A DNA stretch of 64,000 bases, from NCBI GenBank assembly GCA_964187785.1, contig OZ076411.1, forward strand, positions 84,816,001 to 84,880,000, in the 5' to 3' direction. The notes beneath the pieces are model-generated. The model was not told the DNA's origin, searched no databases, and saw nothing but the letters and a program-made list of their open reading frames with translations. Below, piece by piece: positions 1 to 12,025 of this stretch. Positions within the stretch are counted from its first letter, which is position 1; every line of letters starts with the position of its first letter. The DNA comes from Amphiscolops sp. MND2022 (Eukaryota). The position numbers and the translations under genes are program-made.

Positions 1-1759
1 GACTTGGGCCGTTCCCGGCTTGTTCTTCGGTGATCTGAGATGGAAGAACTTAAACGAGAGACCAGAAGAAATATATTTTTGTTTACCCAAAGTTCGTGAA
101 CAAGCAGAAGTATTTTCACCGAAATTGTTAAAACCGAATACATTGTATCCGACTTCCAAAAGTTATATTCGAAAAACGATAATGCTGAATCATATCGAGA
201 AAAATCTAGACCCGGTGTGATTCGATCCCACGACTCTCAGTTTGTTTTATAAACACGCTGATTCACTATTTGATCTAATGGATACGGTGTATACACTCTC
301 GATATGGAGTTATTTCAGTGAGTTTTCATAAAATTTCACAGTATAAAATCATAGAAAAGCTTCAGACACGATCAATTGTTCAAGACTTAGTCTAGAAACT
401 TACATCGCCAAAGTTTTTTTACGAATTCATTTTTGATGAAGAAGTTCTAGATTGAGGGGAAAATTAATTGAGGATTTATTTCCGATTGTGCTTACGAAAT
501 TATCAAAACACGAAATTCAGCCTAACCTGTTCCAAACTTATTGGTTACTTACAGTATAAAGACGTCCGAAAAACTTGAGTAAGTTTCTAAAGGCTAGACA
601 GTGAAAAGATACTGAAAGTTTTGTTGGGTTTTAGATGGGTTTTACTTCAGGATTTTTCCCATTATCGTCTTTGAAACTCTCAGATTAATTTGGGGCTACT
701 ATCAAGTCAACGCATTACAATTTACAATGTCAGGCACACGCCGCTAAAAACTGTGAAATCCAAAAACTGCAAAGTCCGGTATAGTGAAAGATATTTTTGG
801 CACGTTCCGATACACAGAGATGAGGTTCCCAGATCATCAAAAATTGACGAAGGAATCGGCTGGTCTAATTTCATTATGACGACTGAGTGTTCAAAACTTT
901 GACGCACAACAAACTAATTGAAGTGTTCACTCATCACGCTAATTAATGAAACCATGATACTTCTAGTCAAAGACACAGAACGCAGAGCTTACAACGAGTA
1001 AGTACACGTACAGAAGACTCTTGTTTCAAAAACTGTGTAAAGCATACGATTTAATAAATTGGTCTAAAATATAGTAGCATCGATAAAGCGTTTCAAAGCT
1101 ACAGAACTTTTTACTCAAACCATTTTCAGTTTACGACAAAGCTGGATTTAGAAATATAGTAGCTGGCTGTTTAGAAACAAAAAGCTGTCGTTAAAGCAAT
1201 AATCAATATATCAATGGAGAAATTTGAACTGAAAAGTTTTTTCATAGAAAAGTGCTTATTATGGCGAAAATTCGAACGTCAAAATTGGAAAAAACGGTAA
1301 ACTCATATGGATCTTGAATGAAAAAGTTTCACATAAAATACTTCTTCGATTATTTTTGTGGACCCGAGCGTTAAAATTGAAAATCTTTTGCACGAGTCAG
1401 AAGCACAAATCCTAATTTTTGCCGCCTGTTTTGATACTCATTTTTTTTATAAAAGAAACTTTTTTATAGTCAAAGCGAAAATTCTTTTTTTACCGCCCTA
1501 ACCTCCAAAACGTCAAACAACCGAATTTTAACCCTATTAGAAATTTTTGAAACTCTTTTACGAATTAGAATTACGAAACAAATATTAGTTTTTACTTTGA
1601 TGACTTTAATTTTTGATCACAAAAATTAACTCAATCAGCTACTAATTTCAGCTTATCTTCCTATCTTTATTTAAACAACTTTGGACAAGTTATCTACAGA
1701 TTAGTATCGGGTATTGGAAGGAGTGACTATTGTGAGCAGTAGCAACATAAAGTGTGGCA

Positions 1760-1869
1760 ATGGCGGATATCCCGGAAGCAGAACTGGCCAACATCAAGGA
1801 TATTTTCGACAACTGGGATGGCAACAAAGACGGGGTCATCCAGAAAGAGGAGATCGGTGACGCAATCAG
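1760..1869 (+). CDS. Calmodulin-like EF-hand protein, coding exon 1
   Basis: Translates MADIPEAELANIKDIFDNWDGNKDGVIQKEEIGDAI(R), containing EF-loop DGNKDGVIQKEE. An in-frame TAA lies upstream at 1748-1750, and a phase-2 donor AG|GTGAGA is at 1870. Confidence 0.92.
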
Positions 1870-2483
1870 GTGAGACTGATATATATATATATATATTTAC
1901 TATTTTCTGTTTGTTGTAGTTTTAATGAGAATTTAATCATCAATGATTATTGATCATTGGATGATGTTTTTGGAGGAAAGCGCTGACTAAAGAACGGGGT
2001 TCTCGCTTCTGAATTGAAAATCATCGAAAACAACCGGTTTATCGAACGATCGATAAAGTGATGAAGTGATTTTGGGAAAGTCAAGTCATAAAAAACTGCA
2101 ACGTCATAAACCAAACCACCTTCCATCAAAACAAAAAATATTTTTCTGGTTGTTAAAGCCAATTTGTTTACCAATTGTTCAGCAAATTCGTTACTGGTAT
2201 TCGACTAATTCGACTGATATGACCGGAATACGGAAGTTATTTTGGCAGCCAATAAAGTTGTGTTTTTGCAGCTGTGATCAAATTTTAAAAGAGGAAATGT
2301 TTTTGTTTATTTCGGTAAGCATTGAAGGTGAACTTTTCAAATGACACAGCTAAAGCCACAACAAGCCGGGAACGGCCCCAGTCGGCGCCCCGCTGAAGGT
2401 TCAAAAAAATAAAGTTTCTTTTACATTAGCAAAAGTACACTTTTGATAAAATTCCATCAATTATACAGTGCCAAATTGTACCT

Positions 2484-4280
2484 GACCTTCAAAAAATCAT
2501 GATTAACCTCTCTGCCAAGTGGCAGTGGAAGGTATAAGTTTAGTGTGGCAATTAATGGAAGCAGCAGCTCATGATGCTTATGAAATCTGTCACTTCGTCG
2601 GCCTTAAAAAAGCCAATGCTATAGTCTGCGTTTTCTACGAAAAGAGCCGACTAAAAAACTAAAATTATCCGATGTTCTGACATGGGTTCTTAAACAATTT
2701 TGACTTCCCGACGTCAAGACTTCTAGGCAGGAGGAGAAGGAGTTTATATTATTTCAATAAAAAATTAAAACAATACATAGTTAACTAAAATCTTCAATAA
2801 GGACATTCAAATCAATAAGGACAGAGAATAAAGTATTTGCACATCTTCGAACCTCTACACAAGAAATCAAGTAAGTAACCTATGCTTGTAACTAATACAC
2901 CCCAGAGAGGACTGGAGTTGAAGATTAGTTTACAGCAAACTTTCTCGAAATGAAGTCACGAATAAAACTAAAATTTGCAATTCCTTCGATGTCAGAAACA
3001 TTGGATCCCGTTGAAGACGAATTGATGAAAAAGACTTACTTCGCATAACTATTCCGGTCAACAAACTTTTCATCGTTGTCCCGAAACTAAGGTGTCAGAT
3101 ACCTTTTTAGGCCCAATTTTTACTGGCTGTTTTGATAAATCATGAAATAGGAGTAAGCATTATGATGGATTCTAATGACAGCGGGACGATGTGGAGAGAT
3201 AGCAGAGATGCTAGATACTACATCCGACAAAGTCGAATTTTTATTATCTTTGAATTTGATCCTCAAAATTTCGATCAAGATAGCAGCTTGTCACACGAGT
3301 TTCAAGTCGTCGCTCCGAACCCACCTCCTTCTGCTTTGCTTCGCAGACCTCAAAAAATCCTGATTAACAGCTCTGCCAATTGGCAGTAGTAGTTATACGT
3401 TCAGTGTGGCAGTTAGTGTTAGCAACAGCTCATAAAGCCTAATAAATCTGTCACTTCGTCGGTATTAGAAAAAACCAATGCTACAATTTGCGTTTTCTAC
3501 GAAAACCACCGAACAAAAAAGAGAAAATTTCGATATTCGAACATGGGTTCTCAAACTATTTTGACTTGTCGACGTCAAGCCTTCTAGACAATAGGAGAAG
3601 CAGAGTTAAATTAATTCATTACAAACTTAATACAATACAATGTTAATTATATCTTCATGTTGAATTTATTCGAATAGGACAAAGAATGAGGTATTCGCAC
3701 ATCTTCGAGCCTCTGCACTGAGAAAACATTAAGTAGCCTATGCTTGTAACTAATCGACCCCAGAAAAACCTAGAACTGAAGATTAGTTCACAGAGATCTT
3801 TCACGTCACGAATAAAGCTGAAAACTGCATTACCTTCGATGTGAGAAACATTGGACCCCGTTGAAGGCGAATTGACGAAAAAGATTCACTTCGCATGACT
3901 ATTCCAGATAACAAATTTCCGCCGTCGTTGTCCCGCCGAGTTAGATATATCTTGGATATTCCTTGAAATTGGCATGAAGTCGTTGCAAGAGTTTTCTCAA
4001 TTAGTAGACTGATGACTGCCAAGGAGCGTTCAGAGTTCAGGTCTATTCAGTAGAGGAGGAACGCCGATGATGAAGACCTAACTTGATAACTCCTTCAAAA
4101 GTTCAGCATGTTCACTGAGTGTGTCAGTCGCACGTTGGGGAGAAACATTGGGAAGTCTTTAGAACTCGTAAAGGAGGTTTCCTACCTAAGGTGTCTAAGG
4201 TGTCAGATATCTTTTTAGGCCAAATGTTCACGGGCTGTTTTCATAGGACTAGATGAAATAGGAGTAAGCAAAATGATGGA
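2484..4280. repeat. Diverged direct duplication, unit about 860 bp
   Basis: gaccttcaaaaaatcatgattaac...tctgccaa at 2484 recurs at about 3345 and stays colinear for over 500 bp. The taaggtgtcagata block at about 3090 recurs at about 4200. Confidence 0.7.
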
Positions 4281-5622
4281 TACAGATGTCTCATTTATAA
4301 ATCAGGCCACTGAACTGATTCGTTTTCTTGACTACGTGCTCGACATGATTTCTGAATGTCTTTTCACTATCCACATGGAGTCTCAATACTTTACAGCAAA
4401 CTTTTCGGTTTTTTCAATCCATATGCGTGATACAATGATGCCTTTTATGCTCAAAATTCAATACTTGGCCTTTTGAAGCATTCACCCTCAATCTGTTTGA
4501 TGAAAACCAAACAACCATTTTACCTGAATTTCTTTGTATTTTTCATTTTTTGCCGATTCTATCGAGAGTTGTGTGATCAGCAAACAATACGATTTGATTG
4601 TTGTTTTTTGCATATTCAGGCAAATCATTGGCATCAGTCATTACGATACATATGCCGAAACGAACTAGCAAGATCTTGCTAGTTCGATTAACAGCAACCA
4701 AAAGCGCGTTCTTATGTCGGATACGCGTAACAAGTTTTGCTCGTTACACAGTGTGATTTCGCGTTACGCGTTGTGATCAAATCACAGTAAATGACTACTT
4801 TACACTCTCTACAATTACGTACTTTGACTGGTTTCCACTTCACCCACGAACGGAAGCATTGTTCGATGTTTTTTTTTACTCACGGTGTGTACCAAAATGT
4901 GACTGGTTTCTGCTTTTCTCTATTTACGCTCAAGGATCGTAATCCCCAATTGCTGATCACACTGTGCATCATAATCCGCGATGAACACGATGAACTGTTA
5001 GACTAGAATACGGTTCGCTCTCGTTTATTTTAAAAAATCACTTTACACTTGATGACAAATTCCACTTTTGCGCCATATGTATTTTAATGATTAAAAACAA
5101 GAAAAGTTCGAAAATTGACACTTGCGATACACCTGTTGTAATTTTTAAGCATGCTTATCTTTTCTCTTCCCAGAATGTGCATTGCATTTTATCTTCCATA
5201 TTTTCATCGATGAAATCATAACTTGATCGTCGAATTAAGAAGCAAATAATTTCTGAAGGACAAACATATGATCAAGCGAGTAAGAGCTTTTTCCAATCCG
5301 TGAAAAAGTTTTACCACTGAAGTTTTTTGTCAATTTGCGTTCTAATAAATTCTGTGGTTGTTTAGATTGAAAGAGTGCATAAACGCTTAGATTTGAAATC
5401 AATCTCCATGGGTGAAAACAATTTGTTCTTCTGGCAAAAACCTAATTCTCCTTCATGAGTTTGGAAACCTCACTTTCATCTGTTTCCGTCGAAACCATTG
5501 TTATTTTTAAATGTCAGTATGAAACATTTATACTCCGATTTGGGTAGAGCTTCGAAATATTTCGATCTGACTGTTGCTTAGGTTTTATTCAGTGTTTTAT
5601 TCATCCTGCGGCGGAACACTAT

Positions 5623-6087
5623 CAGAGGTGTAAACATTTATTTGTATTGCAATATATTGCCATAAAATACAATTAATATATTTATTTAGTTGGAGCAAAA
5701 ATACATTATATTTATTGAAATAAAGCAAATATTGTCAGAGCTCTGCAATATATTGCGCAAAAAATTATTGCAAAATAGAAATAAAATTTCATTTAATATG
5801 CATTTTGAGCGGACTATAGAAGTGAAAGACTATTAAGAGAGAAATTCACCAAGCTTTTCGCTTCCTATTAATTTGGAGAGTGTGGTCATTCTCTATACAA
5901 ATAAACAACATTGGGATGTTTGCCTTGTAAAAGAATGTTTCTCTGCCCAATAAAATATTTCACAATCTATTGTTTTTCTAAAATATTGCAGGACAATAAA
6001 TACAATATATTTATTGCTGAAATTGAATCAAACAATATATTTATTATTTTGAAAAAATATATTTAAATACAATATTTCACACCCCTG
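5623..6087. mobile_element. hAT-type MITE (465 bp)
   Basis: Imperfect TIRs (CAGAGGTGTAAACATT vs reverse complement CAGGGGTGTGAAATATT). Perfect 8-bp TSD AACACTAT at 5615-5622 and 6088-6095. Non-coding, with AT-rich tattgcaatatatt-like subrepeats. Confidence 0.85.
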
Positions 6088-6190
6088 AACACTATTCTCA
6101 CTTTTAGCTAAGTGGGTCTTCACAGTTTTGTATATAGTTTTGACGGTAAGGTTTAGGCCTAAGTTTTGGCAATCACACAACATTTTGCGT

Positions 6191-6354
6191 TGGAAATCAA
6201 GGACGTGACTAAGATTCTTTGGCGTCTATTATCGTATTATGATATAGTTGTCAATTGCTTGATGGTTTATTGCTATAAACCATCAAGCAATTGACAACTA
6301 TATCATAATATGATATTAGACGCCAAAGAAATTTAGTCACGTCCTTGATTTCCA
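6191..6354. repeat. Long near-perfect palindrome (about 80-bp arms, 4-nt loop)
   Basis: tggaaatcaaggacgtgac...ggtttat-tgct-ataaacc...gtcacgtccttgatttcca. Confidence 0.9.
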
Positions 6355-6422
6355 TGGACACCTAAAAATTTGTGTTAAGAGAAACCATGGTTTCTCTTAA
6401 TACAAATTTTTAGGTGTCCATG
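6353..6422. repeat. Second palindrome abutting the first
   Basis: catggacacctaaaaatttg...aaaccatggttt...caaatttttaggtgtccatg, centred on CCATGG. Confidence 0.9.
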
Positions 6423-7064
6423 CAACTCCAATACAGACAACCAGATTATCAACATAATTTGATGCGATTTTATCCTTTTGAACCAAGATGTTCATGCTTT
6501 TCATGGGTTTTCATACAGGGAATCAAATTGTGTTTCGTATGTACACACTTGTTATGACAACGTTGCAAAAAAAACTATTTTTTTGTCGAAAATGAAAATT
6601 TATCCTGTTTTCAACGGTTTTTCCCGAAACAAAACATCTGTACAATCAGTAAAATTTTGAGCGGCTCAATTTCAAACTCTTAATCATGTATTCAATATGA
6701 ATGAGTTATTTGTTCTCCCACTAAATATGTGAGCCGTGGTTAAAATATCCAGTCACTGGAACGACGTATAAAGATACTCTTCCAGACGTTTCTGATCCAG
6801 AGTTTGCATTTTCCAGATTGTTCTTTGCTCAATGACTGAGAGTTTAGATTAACCAGTTGAATTAATATCTGGTCGTCCCATGAAGTCAACATTAAGTGCA
6901 CAAAGTCTTATGTGACTGAAATGTGATGTTTGCCTTGAAGCGTCTTTGTGTCAATTATAAAACTTTCTGAATAATCAAAAACAATTTTTTAATGTAAACA
7001 TAAAGGGACTGTCAAATCCAAACCGTTCTGTTCGTAGAACAAGTTCTGTGTCTAAATTGCACTC

Positions 7065-8070
7065 ATACCCGGATCCAAATTCATAAGGCGTCCATGCAAT
7101 TCCATGCATGGAGGTATATGATCCGTATGATTCCATACGATTCCATGCATGGAACCATGACCTAAAGACCTTCCATACAATTCCACGCATGGAATCATAT
7201 GATTCATACATGGAAGTGCATGGAACCATATGATTCCATGCATGGAAAGGTATGGAACGAAAAGCAAATATTCGAAATTCTCAAAATTTCAAATTTTAGT
7301 TCTACTAGAGTGTCACTTTCAGGAAACAACTGGAAAACAACTGAAAACGGAAAACGATACAATTAAACCGGAAAATCGGAGTGCTTCCAAACTGTTGGGT
7401 ATAAAGACTTGGGTTTTCAGCTTCTGCAAACTATGTTTGCAGTTTGGAACCGAGTCCGACATTTTCTGATGTGATATCGGTTTTTTCTCAGATCTTGTTC
7501 CAGTGGTTCTTTCAGTGATTTTAGATGTTATTTTAGTGGTTCTTCCTGTAATTGTAGATGTTTTTTGAATGTTTTCAATATTTTCAGATGTCATTACAGT
7601 GGTTTCTTTCGTTTTCCATATGATTCAATCCGATTTCATGCCTACAATTATATAATTCCATGCGATTCCATGCATGGAACCATATAATTCCATGCGATTC
7701 CATGCATGGAACCATATGATTCCATGCGATTCCATGCATGGAAACGGCATGAAATTATCCATGCATGGAACCATATGGTTCCATGCAGGGAATTGCAAGA
7801 GGTCATGGCATCATTCATGCAAAATCATCATAGCTACCCGGATCCAAATTCATAAGTCTTCCATGCGATTCCATGCATGGAACCATATGGTTCCATGAAT
7901 AGATAATTTCACACCGTTCCATGGAATCGCATGGAAGACTTATGAATTTGGATCCGGGTAACTATAATGATTTTGCATAAATGATGCTATGACCTCTTGC
8001 AATTTCCTGCATGGAACCATATGGTTCCTCCATATGATTCCATACATGGAAACGGCATGACCTAATTGTA
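7065..8070. repeat. CATG-rich palindromic satellite / foldback repeat
   Basis: Many units of ttccatgcatggaa(c/t)catatga at about 7095-7260 and 7620-8060. An inverted pair of about 110 bp containing cccggatccaaattcataag lies at about 7770-7880 and 7915-8025. Confidence 0.8.
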
Positions 8071-8383
8071 TGGAACTACATGTTTTTGAAACCGAAGGCC
8101 GTTTAGTTGCAGTAATCTTCACTTTTTTAGGCATATTGGTGATAAATTTGAAATCAAATGTAGATATATCAGCTTACGATGCCAAAAATTGATGATTGTA
8201 ATAAGGTTACAAGTTTCGTAGTGACAATGGAAATGGTCACTTTGGTTGTGAATATTCAAAATTAAATCATTGTCTGCGCTAATTGACTAGGTTATGCTGG
8301 CTAGGTTATTGACTAGGTTATACCCTCCTTCATTGTATGTGGGCAGAAAATACCAAGTTATGAACCGAGGAGTGTTTTATCAG

Positions 8384-8537
8384 GGCGGCTGGAAGGAATC
8401 CCTCGGAAGCGGAGATTTCTCAGTTCATGCAGGAGGTGGACGAGAACAAAGATGGGGTCGTTGACCTAGACGAGTTCATCCGAATGATCACAGTCCTCGG
8501 CAAAGACAACGAAGCCGCACTTAAGGAAGCTTTCTCA
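8384..8537 (+). CDS. Calmodulin-like EF-hand protein, coding exon 2
   Basis: Acceptor ttttatcag| completes the phase-2 codon. Translates (R)AAGRNPSEAEISQFMQEVDENKDGVVDLDEFIRMITVLGKDNEAALKEAFS. Phase-0 donor GTGAGT at 8538. Confidence 0.92.
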
Positions 8538-9627
8538 GTGAGTTTGCTCCCTTATTAACTTAAATATGACTTCAACCTCGAAGTAACCTCTAAAACGTTT
8601 TAATTCTCCAAAAAACATTTCAAACAACTTGAAAACATTCAATTAGTTAGATATGACTTCAACCCGAAAATGACCTGTAAAAACATTGTAAACCTCTAAA
8701 AAATTTGAAACCTCTAAAAAACTTCTTTTTCACTTAGATCAACCCCAAAATCATCTCTGAAAGGCAGCCCCATTCTATGTCCAATTGAATTTTCACCAAT
8801 TTCTAATGATGGCAGTTGATTTTAAAAGATGCGAATTGAACGTTGTATATGACAAAAAAATGAGAGATCCATTACAATAATTCAAGGTTTTGAGCGAAGA
8901 GTTTTGTTTGGTTCTGATTAACTCTGATTCAACTGATTCAGAAGAATACCGGTCTCATCGCAGCGGACGGTTAATCTGCGTGTTGGTGAGAAGTTTTTTG
9001 AGTTGGGACCGTTCAAAAGGCGCAAAAGGAACCAATATCTGACGTGCTACTGTCTTTACTTTTTTCCAAAACTTAACTTCGAAGAAAATTTCAATGTACT
9101 CGAAGTTTTTTCAGCAATATAAGATTAGTCATAATTTTTCTGAAAACAGCTTCTGTTCACGTTCATAATACCTGTGTTTTTTGGAGTATGGAGATGGAAG
9201 CCACTCCCGTTTTTCTCATCCGCCGTCTACTTGCTTCTGATTTTCTGCAGAAACTTACGTTAGGCACTCCTTTAAATTCCACAGTCAAACTTCCATACAT
9301 TTTCTGCGAGAATCTGTCAGATTTCACTTCCAAGGTCTTGGAAGACAATGCATTTTTCTTGGTATCTTGGAAGATCTTGAAGGCTGTCGCTTGAAGAAGT
9401 AGCTGTCGCTTGCAAACTAAAAGCTTTTTCGGTTTATCTGGCGTTCTCGTAAAGTTCACATGTGCTAAATGCAGGAGCGACGCGACCCAAAATGTTTGCC
9501 CTTAACTTTGGTCAATCTATTTTAGTTGTTAATTGAGTGGTTGACGTTTTCGTAACTTTTGTGAATCTTTCTTATCAATTTCTCCAGAGCTCAAAAGATA
9601 ATCCTCTCCCAGCGTCCTCAACTATTA

Positions 9628-10302
9628 TCAGTGATAACTATAACTGTCCTGAGATATAATTGTGTCGCGATTTTGCTCGCTTGTGTATGAATCTATTGAA
9701 CTGTCTCTAGATCTATGTCTATCGTTTTCCCGTGCAAAACACGTTTTGGGGCGATTTTCCCATGTTTTCTGCTGATTTTCAACTTCGGGGTCCTGGTGTA
9801 GTTCACTGGACCTTAGGTCCTCCATGGTGGACTTCGTCGTCCTTGGGCCTGGGTGTAGCCCGTTGGACCCTCGGTCCACTACGGTGAAATTAGGCCTCCC
9901 CTGTGTGTCTAACATATTTTGGATAGACGGAAGCACCGAGCTTGTTATTGCGGTCGTAATCGCATCCTGAATTTGCAAATTCATACTATCTTTGATTTCA
10001 TTGAACTTTCTAGACATTTGGGCCGAAATTTCATCATTTATCAACCTGGTCGTCTCAATAGTGATTTCACTATTTTCTCTACTATTAGTTAACAATGATC
10101 TAAAATCTTCACCCGTTGCATGAGAATTTCTTCCTGGCCTGCTAGACCCTGAGACTAAATTCATTTCATCGTCACTAATATTATTCTGATCAAAATTACC
10201 AGAATAGTTCCCTAACATAACATCAGCATTTTCCACATCAGACATGATGTCTAATTGTCTAGAGCGTCTTTCCTTAGCTTTCTGTTTCCTAGAAGAAGGC
10301 AT
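9628..10302 (-). CDS. gag: Truncated Gag N-terminus encoded by the A 3' LTR, reading 11 codons into the flank
   Basis: MPSSRKQKAK...EQNRD matches the gag start in the 5' LTR. The sequence diverges exactly at LTR end 9663. Expression is unknown. Confidence 0.6.
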   Translation of the reverse strand: MPSSRKQKAKERRSRQLDIMSDVENADVMLGNYSGNFDQNNISDDEMNLVSGSSRPGRNSHATGEDFRSLLTNSRENSEITIETTRLINDEISAQMSRKFNEIKDSMNLQIQDAITTAITSSVLPSIQNMLDTQGRPNFTVVDRGSNGLHPGPRTTKSTMEDLRSSELHQDPEVENQQKTWENRPKTCFARENDRHRSRDSSIDSYTSEQNRDTIISQDSYSYH

Positions 10303-11295
10303 CGAAGGAAATTTAGCTAATGTAACAGTGAATTGACTAAAGGTTTGATTTCAGAATGTGGCAAATAGAAACAACAATGTAAGTAACTGATAACTTTGCA
10401 GTGTGAGATCGAATGATTGAATCGTCCTGGTGACAGTGGGTCCCAGCTATTTATACTCCACAGGGCATGACAAGCAGAATTATGGTTGTCATGATTCTAA
10501 TAATAGCATCTAGTTAAAAATAGGGTACATGACGTCAACATTACCTCATCAATTGTAACTAAAAATAGCTTCAAGGTAATTGGGATATAGACCAATGGTC
10601 TGTAAGTATGAAATTGATCCCAGAATATGAATGGCAAAATATATAATTACATGTTCATGTTAATTTTACATATTCGAATAATACCATATTGTGCTAATCA
10701 TCCTTTAATAGCGCACAGATAGACTTAAAGTCCGATCAACTGCATCAAATTACATGTACAGCACTTCTGAATAATAATAGCCGTCGTGGACTGAGTGTCC
10801 ACGTGGCTACATCAAATATGATAGCAACGACTGATTGGCAGCTAATAACACCGCGGTAGACCTTTGGTCCACGTGGCTACTGCAATAATAATGATAAGAA
10901 TGTACAGCACTCTGATTGGTTCATTTAAATAAGGCCGGTACGTACGCCGGACGTCAACAAGCGTTCATTTGAACACGTTTCCTACTATTCAGCAAGCATT
11001 ACTTTACATTCAATTGATTATATTACAAATTCATCTAATCAATCAAACAGGCACAGAACTCATCAATTAAGTATATTCTCGTAAGGTAAAAATGAAATTT
11101 GAGGTGTAGCCGTGTGGACCACAGGTCCATCACGGTAAAAATATAAAATAGTACTATTGGGCTAAGGTTAAGCATAGTTTTGTATTGTTTTACCGTAAGT
11201 TTTTCAAATTGGCAATACTCCGGGTGGGGGGTTAGATTCTGCATTTTCTTGGGGAATTTGATAATAATTCCCGTCACAGGCGGCAGCCTGCGACA
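9663..11295 (-). repeat. Element A 3' LTR (1633 bp)
   Basis: About 99% identical to 23856-25498 (about a dozen substitutions and one 10-bp indel seen by eye). TATAAATA at 10455-10448, CRE-like TGACGTCA and CCAAT boxes. Confidence 0.97.
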
Positions 11296-12025
11296 CTCCC
11301 CTAGGGACCAAAAGTACTGTTCTTTGATTCATTCCAGCTAGGTAGGCATCTCTCCGCCTCTGTTGATCGTAATGCGTCTCGCCTCGTCTTGAAGTCAACT
11401 CAAGGTACGTCAGGACTGCAGTCTCGCGGATTTGCTCGTATGATCTGCCACACACAATACAATCTCCATAAGCTGCGGCGTTCGGTTCACCACAGTTCGC
11501 CCCCATTCGCACACTAATTCCCTGGATGTGGGAGTTTACGGGCACAGCAAAATCTGTCACATTTGGTCCAGCATAATCATAACGACCATAGCTGGGCCCT
11601 TGCTCGCACAAAGGTGGAGAAAGCGGCGTATCCACCTGAGGGACAAGTTTTGAGCATTGGTTGATTGGACAATTGTTCTCCCTGCCGATTGCGTCTGGGC
11701 CAGTTCCTAATTCGACTATTGCTGTTTCGAAATCTTCAGGCCAGAAGTCCGAAAAGTCGTCCCAAGGAAATTCGGGCAACCCGTCGTTTACACAGCTAGA
11801 GAGGTCCGTAGTCATTTTGCGTGTGGCATTCTGTTCCGTTGGGGCAATAGGCACGTGGCGATAACAGGCGATGACTTCTATGTCACTGTCGTCTGAGTGA
11901 CGTTCGGTCCCTTGCGCTGACACAGACAGAATGTCTACTTCCATATCCTCCTCTTCCTCTGAAGAGAAGTAGGCTGGGCTGACCAAAGAATTGGCCAATT
12001 CATCTATTGTGAATTGAGTTTCCAT
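11204..12025 (-). CDS. Element A accessory sense ORF (273 aa; acidic N-terminus, SIM-like motifs, CxxC)
   Basis: Open ATG ORF containing EEEEDMEVDILSV, SDDSDIEVI and CIVCGRS. It crosses the PPT and ends 92 bp inside the 3' LTR. The tail SQAAA.DG...PG.LP is conserved in the related solo LTR at 62194-62282. Confidence 0.75.
   Translation of the reverse strand: METQFTIDELANSLVSPAYFSSEEEEDMEVDILSVSAQGTERHSDDSDIEVIACYRHVPIAPTEQNATRKMTTDLSSCVNDGLPEFPWDDFSDFWPEDFETAIVELGTGPDAIGRENNCPINQCSKLVPQVDTPLSPPLCEQGPSYGRYDYAGPNVTDFAVPVNSHIQGISVRMGANCGEPNAAAYGDCIVCGRSYEQIRETAVLTYLELTSRRGETHYDQQRRRDAYLAGMNQRTVLLVPRGVSQAAACDGNYYQIPQENAESNPPPGVLPI
11296..11303 (-). other. Element A polypurine tract
   Basis: TAGGGGAG lies immediately before the 3' LTR TGTCGC on the minus strand. 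It is short. Confidence 0.6.

Noticed and set aside
196-300. tRNA gene or tRNA-derived SINE (minus strand GGGATCGAATC, B-box-like)
   Set aside because: I could not build a cloverleaf, a clear A-box or an acceptor stem.
7065-8070. CRISPR-like array
   Set aside because: There are no unique spacers, the units are degenerate and in both orientations, no cas genes are present, and the context is a eukaryotic intron.
11204-12025. env gene (also 47413-48141)
   Set aside because: Right position, but no signal peptide, furin site, fusion peptide or TM helix. Acidic and largely disordered.
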